DNA of 64,000 bases from Blepharisma stoltei ATCC 30299 (taxonomy: Eukaryota > Protista > Ciliophora): assembly GCA_965603825.1 (NCBI GenBank), contig CBFDEM010000064.1, positions 186,001 to 250,000 on the forward strand. Direction: 5' to 3'. Below, piece by piece: positions 35,370-47,579 of the stretch. Each line of letters opens with the position of its first letter. Position 1 is the stretch's first letter. The notes under the pieces were generated by a model that saw only the letters and a list, made by a program, of their open reading frames with translations, searched no databases and was not told where the DNA came from. The position numbers and the translations under genes are program-made.

Positions 35370-36379
35370 TAATTTTTTAAATTTTCAAATTTTTTATCAT
35401 CATATCCCCTTCTAAACACTAAAGAGGTTTTAAAATTTTTTACTTGAGAAATAAATTACTTTTATTCTATAATATTTAAAGCAATTAGAATATTAGGCTT
35501 ATCTACTTAAATTGCTGCTAATCCATCATTGCAATAAATTGATCAAGCTACCAATCCTGTTTCATCAAGTTGATATTTTTATTTAAATCCTATCTTGATG
35601 TCTTTATTATGATGGAAGACTCTCAATTTATATCTATTTGGAGTTTTACAAAATATACAGAAAATTCCAAAATCCGATGAAAAATTGTTGATAAGCTAGC
35701 GATTAGAATTGATGCTCAAGCAGATAGCGAAGCAGCCTATAACAATCAACGAGAAGTAAAAAAATAAGAACAGATCAGGAATCTTTTTTTTAATTTTTCA
35801 TCTTATAATTTTAGATATTAATACAAGTAAATTAATGCAAATAATTTTTTGCTTGATCAATTAATTATTATCTTGAGCTTGCAACTAGTTTAGAATAAGA
35901 AATGCTAATCATGATGCTATTTATTTCATTTTCTTAAGTTTAAAATGATATCTCACGTTAAAAAGACTAACGCTTGATGAAATAAAATTAATAAGATGTT
36001 GAAATCATCGTTTTATTTGATAGAATTAGTTTGATATTCGAAGCTATATCTGAAATCTTTTCCAAGCTTGAATAATTGCTTTTAACAATGACCTATATTA
36101 AATCAAAAACTAGCGTTTTAATTTTAGACTTTTAATATAATCTATTAATTTAAAAAGAAGTATTAAAGTAATATGCAGCAAATTTTTGTTTCATCTTTGT
36201 GTCGTTTAGAGATAGGGACCAATATTCCATAAACTGAAATCCAGTTTTTCTTTTAGATGTATTTTTTATATGTTAGAAGCTTCAAATTTTTTTTTAAAAT
36301 GGGAAACCGCTAAAAAAATAAATCTTCTCTGTTGTAAAATTGTATAATTTTTACAGCCAAACTATGATTAAGGAAATTA

Positions 36380-36790
36380 TTAATTTATTATTGGAATAAG
36401 GGGAGGCAATGTTGCATCTTCCAGTTTGAAAGGACTTGAGGGAATTTCATAAGTCATTTTTATATCCGCCTTCATTAAAATATTTAACCAAAACGCTTTA
36501 GGTAATTTTTTCTTTTTTTTATCTATTTTTTGATGCTGCTTTTTATGGACAGATAGTTGACTTGCTTGTCTGTATTTTTTCGAGCACCCTGGGAACTTGC
36601 ATAAGTAAGGTTTTTCTCCTGTATGGCAGTAGCTGTGATCTTTTAAGCTCTGTGCTGAGCATAATTTCTCTCCGCAAGTAATACACAGAAAGCGTAGATT
36701 CTTATGCGAAACATTTATGTGCCTATCCAAATTATATTTTGTTGTATATGTTAGGGTACAGCTTTGGTAAGAGCATTTAAAGTATTTCAT
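36380..36790 (-). CDS. Three-finger C2H2 zinc-finger protein
   Basis: CSYQSC...H...H, CITC...H...HTGEKPYLCKFPGC...H...H. Confidence 0.92.
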   Translation of the reverse strand: MKYFKCSYQSCTLTYTTKYNLDRHINVSHKNLRFLCITCGEKLCSAQSLKDHSYCHTGEKPYLCKFPGCSKKYRQASQLSVHKKQHQKIDKKKKKLPKAFWLNILMKADIKMTYEIPSSPFKLEDATLPPLIPIIN

Positions 36791-38499
36791 TTTTATTTAA
36801 GCCATTGATAGAATTTAAAAAGTCTATGCAAATATGATATTTTTAAAGCAAAAAACGCAAATAGCTGGCTTTAATTATATGAGCAGAAAATGGTAAGAAA
36901 AAAAATTTTAACATTTTACAAGTTTATAATTCTTTTATTTACAAAAATGTATAGGAATTGATACGATTCAATAAGAGAGGATTCATTATAGTATAAAAAT
37001 ATAATATAATCATCCGAAATTGATGTATTTTATTTTAATACAAATCTTGAGTAATTGTATATACTATTGAAAGGGCAAATCATTATTTCTATATTAAAAA
37101 TGTAAGATTATATAAGCATTTCGTATTAATTTCAAATAGCAGTGCGCGATTTTCAAATAAAAAATTTAATTAGAAGGAATTATTAAACTTCGATAAAATC
37201 TGCAAATATATTTAACAATTTATTTGGAAAATTTGATTTATTTTTAAGACTTGAAAGCAAATTTACTGTAATTTGAATCGAATTCAAGGAATTTTATATA
37301 CTAATAATAGCTGCATAAAATCCCTCGCGAACTACATATATTTATCCTCTTAAATATTAAAAAATTAATAGTTGAATTTAAAATTTAAATTTATTCGGTT
37401 CAATTAAATTATTACGTTTATATTGCTAATAAAGGAAACCAGATCATATCTTCTCTCCTGAATAAGCTAGTAGGAATTTATATACCTTTATTTGTTCAGC
37501 TTGTGCCAAATATTTACCCATAATTCAGATAAGGTTTGTCTAATCTTTTTCGTTTTTAAAATATAAAATTATTATACTAAAATTTTCCTTATATAAACAA
37601 TTTTACATTCTAGATATTTGATATAATAGCAAATGTGCTAGAAAGCACATTAAAACTGTCTAGAAGCATTATAAGGTGGTAGCTCTCAGGCTTATTATAG
37701 TTAAGATATGTAGTAAGATTAAGGAGGTAGGAGATTAGATTTCAAGCTGACGATATGAAATATGTTCGATAAAAGACCAGTGGCTATCCAATTTTGGGTA
37801 ATATATATGAAAATTGTTCTATAAGGGTGTGGAGTCATATGAATTTATTAGCATAACAAATGTAAAACTATAAAGTTTTAAATAATAGCACAATAAAAAA
37901 GGTCAAAAAAATTTGAAAAATAACTATAATATTAAGTTAATATCCTTGAGAGGTCAATTTTTTCCTAATCTAGCAAATTCACAAATAAATAAATTCCTTG
38001 ACTTTATGCTTATGATCTCAGCCTGATTTCTATAATTTTCCTTCACTATAATTTCAAGCCTACAGAAGCTCAACAGTATCATAGTCAAACTCACTCTATC
38101 AAAATCTTAAGCATTCAATAATTTATTGTCTGCTCTCCTTAAACAAACTACACACTTCTTTTACATGCAATTCATCTTCAAATTTCATGTCAGCAATACT
38201 AGCATTTAGGCTTCTCAGCTAATTGCAATATGTATTTGCAGTGATTTTAAAGTTAAACCATATTCTAAATCCAAAAATTGTCCTAATGGTTCAGAACCCT
38301 TTAAAGTTTATAAAAATATCTATTAAAATGATGTGAATACACTGCTTCGAAATTACATTAGCTTTTAAAATAAATAAACATCGCTTATAATTTGTTCAAG
38401 GCATTCAAAGACCTGATTCTGATGGATAATTAATTAAGGAAGCCATATTTTAAGCTTTTAATGTATCTTATAAGGTAGTATGCAAATTACACAATTAAC

Positions 38500-38920
38500 T
38501 TAAAATTTCTTAAGAATTGGTGATAAGTTGATTTCCTCAAATTTGATTGGACCTGACGGCATCTGAAATAGCTTTGGTTCATTTTCGTCAAGAGTCAAAA
38601 TAATCTAAATAGCAGTTACCTTCAGCTCTCTAAAGTAGTCAGGCAAGGCTGAATTCATTTTTGCATGCTTTTTCTTATGCACAGAAAGCTGGCTTGCTTG
38701 GCGATACTGCTTCGTGCATCCGTGATGTTTGCACTTATATGGTTTTTCGCCAGTGTGACAGAAACTATGATCCTTCAGGCTTTGAGAAGAAGACAATAGT
38801 TGCCCACAAGTATTGCACTGAAATCTATGATTTAAGTGAAATACTTGTATGTGCCTTGTTAGGTTGTATTTAGTCGTATATGTTTGGTTGCATTGCTCAT
38901 AATTGCATATAAAACATCAT
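38500..38920 (-). CDS. C2H2 zinc-finger paralog with a 15-nt intron; nearest ATG is out of frame (frameshift, pseudogene or assembly indel)
   Basis: FICNYEQCNQTYTTKYNLTRH...HTGEKPYKCKHHGC aligns with 36380-36790. After intron 38605-38619 the tail FQMPSGPIKFEEINLSPI matches the paralog's YEIPSSPFKLEDATLPPL. Confidence 0.78.
38605..38619 (-). other. 15-nt intron (zinc-finger paralog)
   Basis: GTAACTGCTATTTAG; in-frame TAG; the downstream exon is homologous to the paralog tail. Confidence 0.88.
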
Positions 38921-39058
38921 CTCTTCAGCGAAGAAATGACCTATCAACCTCAAATGTATCTTTTTAACTTTTCTGTGATGATTTGTAAAAATGAAATGCA
39001 TTGATATTATGCAATTGCTATAAAATTTATGCAAGAGCTATTTAATTAATAATCAAAA

Positions 39059-40207
39059 ATGAACATTTCATGTATGATCACTTCTATTGGACTGTATTTA
39101 GATCCCAAAGATGTATTTTTATCGTTATCATTAGTTTGTAAAGAGTGGCACATAGAATTATCAGGAAATTACATAGGGTTTTGGCTAAAATCTTACCTAT
39201 CTCTCAAGACTCCATTCTCATTAGAAGACGCCAAGCGCAATATATCTAAGCTTTTCAAGCAAGAAATTCTGAGGTTTAACCCATGGATTTCTACAGGCGG
39301 AATGAGCCCTTACGAATATGGAAATTCTTTTCAGAACATGTGAAATTATAATGGACTTCCATATTCTTCTTACTACGCAAGGCAAAGTCCAGGACCTTTC
39401 AAGAAAAATTTGAATTGCGTAGCTTATTATGGAGGAGGGTTTCAATCTCACTATTTTTACGACTCAGGCCATTATGATTGGTACTGTACGTTTCAACAAG
39501 GAAATCTTCCTATTGAACTTTTGGATTTTGAGAATAACAACAAGCTTGATATGCTGACGCTTGCCCCGCTCTTCCCTGAAGAAAATATTATTGATCTTGA
39601 TGAGCAAGCATCGGTCCCTAAACCTTGAGACCCACAAATTGACTTTAAGTCAGGACGAATAAATGGAAAAATTCAATTTCCCTATAATCCTTGTAGAACA
39701 GAGCTAGCATTTGTGAATAAAATTGCTATAGCACGTCCTCTTTATTTTACAGCACCCATCAGAACAGTAGTGATTTTTTTTAGCCAAAGTGACAGTGAAG
39801 AAATAAATTTGGATCGGTTTGACATTGCAAACAATTTAGTGTCGATTGAGGATGCAAAATTACTAGGAATCGTTGATAAAGAAGTCAATGAAGAAAAAAT
39901 AAAGTATTTGGAGTTCAAAAAAAGAGACGAGGAATGGTATCCTGCAATATGAATTCAATTTCAGACGTGAAAATTAAGCCATTTTGAAATTGATTTGCAG
40001 AGGATCCATCAGGTAGAGAGAGTAATGGTGAAATTAATAGATGCAGATGACTGTAGAGATAAATACGAAGCGGAGTGGATGGACCCTAATTATGATATTT
40101 TGTATTGTTTGTTTTTGGGAACTTCAATAGCAAAGGAGGATAGTGAAGAAGCAGAAGATAAGGAAGAGATATATGAAATAGATAGTAATGAATTTATTTT
40201 ATCCTAA
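39059..40207 (+). CDS. F-box-like protein, tandem copy 1 (382 aa)
   Basis: Four track ORFs in one frame via four TGA. N-terminal IGLYLDPKDVFLSLSLVCKEWH is F-box-like. Confidence 0.85.
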
Positions 40208-40318
40208 ATAATTAATGGAATTCTGGAATACAAGTTGTGTCTAAGACAATTGATATTCAATTTGCACCATTAAGTCTACATTTTCTTTTGTTTAACAACA
40301 GACGCTATCAGATATAAA

Positions 40319-41413
40319 ATGGAAATATCGTGTGTTATTCCTTCAATTGGGTTATTCTTAAGCTCAAAAGATACCTTTCTTTCACTGTCATTAGTTTGCA
40401 AAGAATGGCATCAGCTACTATCAGACAACTACGTGCTGTTTTGGCTTAAGTCAACATTGAAGACATCTTCGCTAATTTCTCTCGAAGATGCCAAACTCCA
40501 ATTTCCTGGCTTTGCAAATCCAGAAATTTTGAATTTTCAACCATGGTTTTCTGAAGGTGGAATCAGCCCAAAAGAGACAGGAAATTGCTTTCGAAACATA
40601 TGAACATACGATGGGCTAACCTATTCAACCTATTATGGAAGTAGGACTAATTCATATTTTAAAAAAAATATCATTTGTTCAGCTTTTTATGAAGGAGGTG
40701 GATATCAGTCGCACTTCTTTTTTGATTATGGACATCGTGATATATTTTTAGCAGAAAACTATTACTTCCCAGAGAAATATCTAGATTATAATAAGTACAA
40801 CATTCAAGAATTGTTAACTCTTGCACCCTTATTTCCCGAAGAAAATATATTGGATCTTCAAGAATATGATCCAATTCCTGATCCATGAAATCCTATATTC
40901 GATCATGATGGTTGTGAGTGAGAAAGAATATCTTATCCTTATTACCCTTGCCAGGCAGAGATTGCTTTTGTAAATGAAATAGCTGTAGCAAGGCCTCTTT
41001 ATTTTACTTCAGCTATAAAAACAATGGTGATATTCTTTAGTGCTAAAGTCGAAGAAGAGATGGACACCAAATTGTTGGATATAGCAGATGATATATTAAC
41101 AATTGAGGACGCAAAACGCCTAGGACCGATTGCGGCTGAAGTTGATTTAAAAAGAGAAAAATATGTCGAATTCCAAAAAGTTGACAAAGAATGATATCCT
41201 GTAATATGAATCCAGTTTCAATCTTGGAAGCTGAATCATTTTGAAATTCCTTTACAAAGCATTCATCAAGTTGCAAGAGTTGCTATAAAAATGATAAACA
41301 CTGATGATCTCAGAGAAGAGTTTTTTCATCCAGACGGTGACCTTAATTTTGATATTTTATACTGTTTATTTTTGGGCAGATCCATTAAATTAGTGGAAAA
41401 TTTAAATAATTAA
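40319..41413 (+). CDS. F-box-like protein, tandem copy 2 (364 aa; mostly missing from the ORF track)
   Basis: Open to TAA 41411-41413 with five TGA(Trp). Collinear with copy 1 (LTLAPLFPEENI.DL, ARPLYFT, FDILYCLFLG). Confidence 0.87.
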
Positions 41414-41587
41414 TATTTTGAGCTCAATGATAATTTTTATTTTAAAGAATCAATTTATAATGCTTAATTTGCATAACTTCCACCATTATTGATTTATTTA
41501 ACTATCTCTTTACTTTATCAATTTAAAATATCTTATAATGATAAATATACTAATAATTAATATAAATTTAGACCGAATACAAAATTT

Positions 41588-42655
41588 TTAATCAAGGATG
41601 AGACTTTCTTTTTGCAGGCTCCTCTGTTCAGATTTGACAGGAATTGTTGAAGTCACTGTTTCATCTTCAATAGCTCTGAAAAAGTCATGCCTGAGAAGCT
41701 CTCTTGCAGAAGGCCTTAATTGAGGATCTCGATTGAGACATTTTAATATTAAATCTTGAAGAGATTGTGAAACTTTAGGGATTGTAGGAAGACTGTGCGA
41801 AAGAGAAATTAGCCTCAGAACTTCCTTAGCGTCTCTTGTGAAATCAGACCAAGGCGGACGACCAGATGCTATCTCTATCAGTAAACATCCATATGACCAT
41901 ATGTCTGCACTATAAGAGTGCCCTTCTCTCATCACAATTTCTGGAGCCATCCAATATGGGCTTCCTTTGAGGCTTTTTGAAACTTTTGTCCCTAATTCTT
42001 CAAATTGTCTAGATGATCCAAAATCTGAGAGCTTAACTTGCCCAGTAGAAGCAATCAGAACATTAGCAGACTTTAAGTCTCGGTGAATAACAAAGTTCTC
42101 ATGAAGATAAGCAAGCCCTTCAAGCAGCTGCTGGCCATAGTGCTTTATGATTTCTTCACTGAGGCCTCCGTATTTTTGTAAAATTTTCTGTAACGATCCA
42201 CCTGAAACATACTCCAAAATGATGTCAAGCTCGTCCATATCTTCTGATAAGTCAGTTTGATAATATCTTACGATATTTGGGTGGTCAAGCATCTTTAATA
42301 ATAAAATTTCTTTTTTCAAATTAAGGTACTCTTTTTCAATTTTTTTGATGTCTTCTGTAGTCTCAAGATGTTTTATTGCAATCAGTTCTCCAGTGTCTAA
42401 ATTCATCCCTTGATACACTTTTGCATATGCTCCTTCGCCTATGAGATCCCCTCTCCTTCATTTTATCATTTTGCCCATTCTTGAAGAACTTACATCAGCA
42501 AACGTAGATTCAGAGCCTTCGCTATAAAATAATTGACTTCGCTTCATTTTGGCCATATCAGCAACAGAGTTTCCAGTATTCGAACGTTTTAATGTTCTCA
42601 CTTTATTAGGAGAAACTTCAACAGCGCTTTTTGTACTGCAACACGATGATCCCAT
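41588..42655 (-). CDS. MAP3K (STE11/NPK1-like) kinase, N-acylated
   Basis: IK-W(TGA 42458)-RRGDLIGEGAYAKV, HRDLKSAN, DFG, LKGSPYWMAPE; N-terminus MGSSCCS. Confidence 0.93.
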
Positions 42656-42887
42656 TCTCTCTCCAGATTAGAGAGGTATAATTTATTATCAAATTTAGAG
42701 TAAATTTTAATTGTTTAATTAATTGTTTTAAGCTGGTTTTGGGATTTAAATAATGCAAGCATTTTATCTTATAATAAGCCCTTTGATAAGCTGAATTTAT
42801 GTCTGCCTTTATAAGCAACTTTTTAATACTTTAGGTTTATAGTAACTTTATGGCGTACAGGATGCCATTTAATAATCAATAGCCATC

Positions 42888-43457
42888 ATGAAGCAGATCA
42901 TCAAGACCGAAAAGCTTAAGGTTGTCGAAGGTGTTAAAATCACAGTAAGAGCCCGCAAAGTTACTGTAGAAGGCCCAAGAGGAACTCTCTCAAGGGATTT
43001 CAAACACCTCGCCTTAGATATCCAAGTTTTAGATGATGGAAAGATTGTCAAGGTAGACTGCTGGTTTTCCGACAGAAAACAAGCCGCTTGCGTTAGAAGT
43101 GTGCTCTCAGCTATCGAAAACCTCATGATTGGAGTCGTGAAAGGATTTGAGTATCATATGAGATTGGTCTATGCTCACTTCCCTATTAATGTCCACATAC
43201 CTAATGATCACAAATCTATTGAAATCAGAAACTACATTGGAGAAAGACAAGTCAGAAGAATTGCCATGTTGAATGGAGTGCTCATTGAAAAAAGCGACGC
43301 AATGAAAGACGAGCTCATTTTAAGAGGAAACGATTTGGAGCTCGTGTCTATGTCTGCAGCACTTATTCAACAGTCCTGCTCAGTCAAGAATAAGGATGTC
43401 AGAAAGTTCCTTGACGGGATTTATGTGAGTGAAAGAACAAATATCGTTAAAGAATAA
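42888..43457 (+). CDS. RPL9: 60S ribosomal protein L9 (uL6)
   Basis: VEGPRGTLSRDFKH, MRLVYAHFPINV, KNKDVRKFLDGIYVSE. Confidence 0.98.
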   Translation: MKQIIKTEKLKVVEGVKITVRARKVTVEGPRGTLSRDFKHLALDIQVLDDGKIVKVDCWFSDRKQAACVRSVLSAIENLMIGVVKGFEYHMRLVYAHFPINVHIPNDHKSIEIRNYIGERQVRRIAMLNGVLIEKSDAMKDELILRGNDLELVSMSAALIQQSCSVKNKDVRKFLDGIYVSERTNIVKE

Positions 43458-43828
43458 ACATAATCCTAAAGGAGTTTTACTCAGTGCTTAGAAATTAACT
43501 CTCATTTAAGTAATTTATGATATCTAGCTTAGAATTCCCAAGTTTAGAACGCATTTAAAGTAAATAAAGTTTACTAAATATAAAATATATAGACCTTAAG
43601 CTACCCCAGAGCTGTTTTATTTATTTTAAATTATATAATTTAATTTTTTTCTTTTTCTGGTAATTTAAGAGCATGAGATGCTCTTTTTAAAAGATTATAA
43701 CTAACATTATTATTTATAGTATTTAAATTTAATATTTATTTCTCTTTAGATTTCTTAATAGTCTCTCCAATTTCATATTTTCATACCAGGTTTACTTACA
43801 AATTCTTATTCTCAATCAAATTTATAAA

Positions 43829-45004
43829 ATGGGAGATTTTGATAAAACTCAAAGACCTGCAACAACAAACTTCTCTGATCTCGGCACAGCTAACATCAGC
43901 ACAAACCTCGACATCCAAGATGACAAAGAGCAATGAAAGCGTGAAAAGAAATGCCACATTTGCCAAACTCCTTTTGGTATGGTAGGGCTTGTTTATAATA
44001 AAAAATATTCCTGCAAATTCTGCTGCCACGCAGTCTGTTCCAAATGCTCCCCACAAAAAGCTCCACATCCAGAGACCATGAGCATGGCCCGCATTTGCAG
44101 CATATGCTATCAAAAAGCTATGGAAAACCACTTCACAGAAGGTTACAACCAAGAACTCATAAAAACCAAGTCAGAAAAAGAAGAGCTCCAGATCCGTCTT
44201 GAGCAAGAAATTAAAAAACGCCAAGCAAAAGCAGCTAAAAGGAAAATTCTCGAAGAAAAAATCCAACAAATAGAAAAAGACGCAGCTCACCAAGCTTCAG
44301 AAAATAAAGCGACTATAAACTCGTTAAAAGCACAAAAGCAGACTTTATTGGCTAAGGCACAAGCACTTGCAGCAAGAATTAAAGAAATTGAGGCAGAAAT
44401 TAACCAAAAAGACCAAATTTTGAATGAATTAGGAAATCAATTAAAAGAGCTTAAAGAAAAGTACGAAAATGATAGAAATGAAGTTAGCGAACTGAGGAAT
44501 CAATTAGCAGAGCAGCAAGATGAGAACGTAAGGCTTCTTAGAAAATTAGAACAATTTTCAGCACCGCCTCCAGAAGAGAACAAAAAGCAGAAAAAGCAAA
44601 GAGAAAAAGAAGAAAAAATGAGGTCTTGCATAGAAGAGCTGAGTATCCAGCACAACGAATTAGTTGAAGAAAGCAAAAGATTGGCTGCAGAGCTCGTTCA
44701 CACTGAAAGTGAATTAACTAATCGAGACGAGCAAATAAAGCAGCTACAAGACAGGCTGGGTGAGCTTTATAGCGCTTCTCAAGACGACTCTGAATACCCC
44801 ACAAATGCAAGCATCACTCAAGAAGAGGAAGAAAGAATAAAAGAACTAAAAGAGCAGCTTCAGGAGCAGCAAAACCTAATTGAAAAGCTCAAAGCAGAAG
44901 TCGAAAAAGCGAGAGAAAGAAAAGAAAACGCGTTTAATTCAGTCAACATCAATGATGGCCCAGAAATGACGAGGAAAAATTGTGCAGACTGTGAAATCTT
45001 TTAA
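43829..45004 (+). CDS. FYVE-like zinc finger plus coiled-coil protein with a CaaX end
   Basis: With TGA=Trp it extends to ATG 43829: W...CHIC..PF....KKYSCKFCCHAVCSKCS...RICSICY. Ends CADCEIF. Confidence 0.87.
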
Positions 45005-45018
45005 TAATAGGATATACA

Positions 45019-47523
45019 TTAATATTTTTTAGGAAAAACTTCTCCGAGTTTCCAAGAAGGCGAGCTTAAAGCTTTCCCTTTGGTTAAGTTTGGAAGGCCT
45101 GTTTTTTCACTCTTCCAAAATTTGGATGTTCCAGACATTTCTCCTAAATTAGATGAGATGAAGCTTTGGTGGAAAGAGCGCTCAGGCTTAGGGTAGTTCT
45201 TTGGGCCGCTTTTTTGAGACACAGAGCGGTTTCTTTCTTTGGAAACTTCAAGGGATTGGGAATTTGAAGAGGAGCGAGGCTCTTCTTTTTTGTAGTGAGG
45301 GGTTTGTGTGGCTTGGTCTCTGACTTTTTTGCCAGCTGCGTTGTAGTATGGCTGGAATGCTGAAAACAAGTTATTGTTTCTTGACAAATTGCTCAGGCGA
45401 GGCTTTGGTTTTTGAGCTGGGCTTTTGCAAGTATGCCCTGGAGCCATGTTTTCTCCACAGTTAGCACACTTTACTATTTCAGGTTCTTTTTCTTTGGTTT
45501 CTTGAGGCTTTTCTTTAGATGTGGGAGGATTAAAAGACCTGATTGAAACATTTCGTCTTTTATCTGAGCTTGGTCTTTTTTTGTCCTGCATCATTTTCTT
45601 CCTAATATTCACAGGCATTATTTCTGCATATTCTTCAGGCTCTAAGTTATCCTCAGATGGGTCTGAATCACTTCCTGAGCTGTCACATTCCTCATTGTCT
45701 TCTAGCAATTCTTTAGTATTTTTCAGCTCATTTACTATATCCCCTTTTTTGAGGAGTCCTATATTATTGCTATATTCTCCATCAGGAGAAGGCTGAGGGT
45801 CAGGACAGAAAGGAATATCGATTTCTGAATAAACTGCTAAGGCTAAGCACAATTGTTTCCCCATCTCTTGTAGCTGCTTTGCTGTATGATGGGAGCTTGC
45901 ATATGGACCAAAATTTGGCCCACAGAAGCTTGCTTCTAATGTATAGACGTTAGGGACTCTGGCTTCTTTGAACATTGTAATCCTTAAGGTAGCGTCTTTA
46001 GATTTTTGCATACGAAATGAGCAGTAAGAGTATGAAAAAAATGGAGAAATTTTGGATAAAATGAAAGGGAATGTGCGAGTCACTTCTGGACGACCTGGGT
46101 AGTTGCACCCATACATGAAGATGTTTTTTCTTCTGGAATGCCCATGAAGATCGCAGACTAGTTCTAAAGGTCTTTCCTTCCCAAAACACTTGATAAGCCT
46201 TTTGGCAGCAAATACAGTAGGTTGAAGAGATTTAGAAGGAGTTTTCCACCTTCTGTTTAAGTCAACGCCCGATAGGTTGCATCTGTAATTTCCATTGATG
46301 ACGCCATCTGGGTTCATCATGGGTATCAACTTAAACACAAAAGCTTCTCTCAGCATTTGGGCTTCAATAGAAGTTCCAGTCAAGAAATCAATGACCCCTT
46401 TCATCATCCAAGATCCAACACTTTCTCCAGGGTGGGCTCTCGCTGAAATCACTACCCCTTTTCTCTTTTTAGTCTGTTCTGGCGTGCCCTGTGCTGTAAT
46501 TGTTAAATATTCGCACCTATTCCCTGCTATTGTGTAACAGAGCAGTCTTCTTGCCATAATTTGACTGACATAATAGTTGTCTTCCAAAGCTTGCAAATCC
46601 TGCATTAAATCTGTATATGTATAAGGAAAAGAGTAAGCGAAAAAGACAGTATCATTCGTATATTTAAATTCATATGCAAAAGTCATGGTATAAAACATTT
46701 TTGAACTCCCTGGTTTCCTTATGCCATTTGCATAGTAAGAAATGTCAGTCCCTCCTCTAAACCATCCTGGGTTTGTCTTATTTTCGCTTTCTGAATGAAT
46801 CAAAACCTTCATCCCTTCGTTGTACAAAGAGTCTTTTTTCCCTAGATTAATAATATTAAATCTGACAGCTAAGCCTTCTGTAGTGTTCGTAACTCTAAAA
46901 TAGAACCACTGTGTATGTCCTTTTGTATTGATATCATTTTGTAGTATCAAATTATACTCATTGTCGCTGATTTTAATGGCCATCGACAAATTCCCACTCT
47001 CAAATCTGCTTTCAAACACCAAAGTTTGGTCCTCAGAGGTCGGGGTATAATACGGTTTAATTGAAGTATTTGGCTTTACAGGCTCCATCCTGGAGTTTTC
47101 TTGGTTTTTCAATAACTTCCTCAAATTAAGGAGGTTTGAGTTGTAAGGCTGCCCTGAAGGCGAGGGGTCTTTGACATATACAATATTGTTGTTCCTGCTT
47201 AAAAATCACCTTGAGTCGCATATAGAAATAAGTGACGTACTTGCAATAACTGAGTTATTAGTAGGACTAGTCCCTGGCCCTTGGGAGCAGAAGCCTTCAT
47301 GGTCTGTAAAACGTGGTAAAAACCTGGATAAATGTTACAGCATGTCTTGATGAGATCTTGGTAAATCATCAGTATAGCGATTTTTAGGTACCAGTGGCAT
47401 GGGTGGTTGAATGTGTTTGTACAACTCTTCGCTCATGCTGAAAGGGGTTTCTGTTGCTGAAAAGGTATCAGAGATTTCAATAAAACCTCCACTTTCGTCG
47501 CTTTCTTCGCCAGAGTTACTCAT
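45019..47523 (-). CDS. Cytosolic carboxypeptidase (M14D, CCP/AGBL tubulin deglutamylase-like)
   Basis: FESRFESGNL, QWFYF, RAHPGES, NPDGVINGNYRC, DLNRRW, DLHGHS, YTLEASF. 5' exon MSNSGEES (47523) is joined by intron 47324-47338 and TGA at 47206. Confidence 0.93.
47324..47338 (-). other. 15-nt intron (CCP gene)
   Basis: GTAACATTTATCCAG; in-frame TAA; the flanking frames are otherwise continuous. Confidence 0.85.
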
Positions 47524-47579
47524 TTTATTCGTTAAGGAAAAATTATTGATTTTTAAATTACGAGTCAATTAATTTAAAT

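Noticed and set aside
37985-38235. Minus-strand frame that looks protein-like if TAA/TAG were Gln
   Set aside because: Short, no recognisable motif, and TAA/TAG are clearly stops elsewhere in the window; the impression is subjective.
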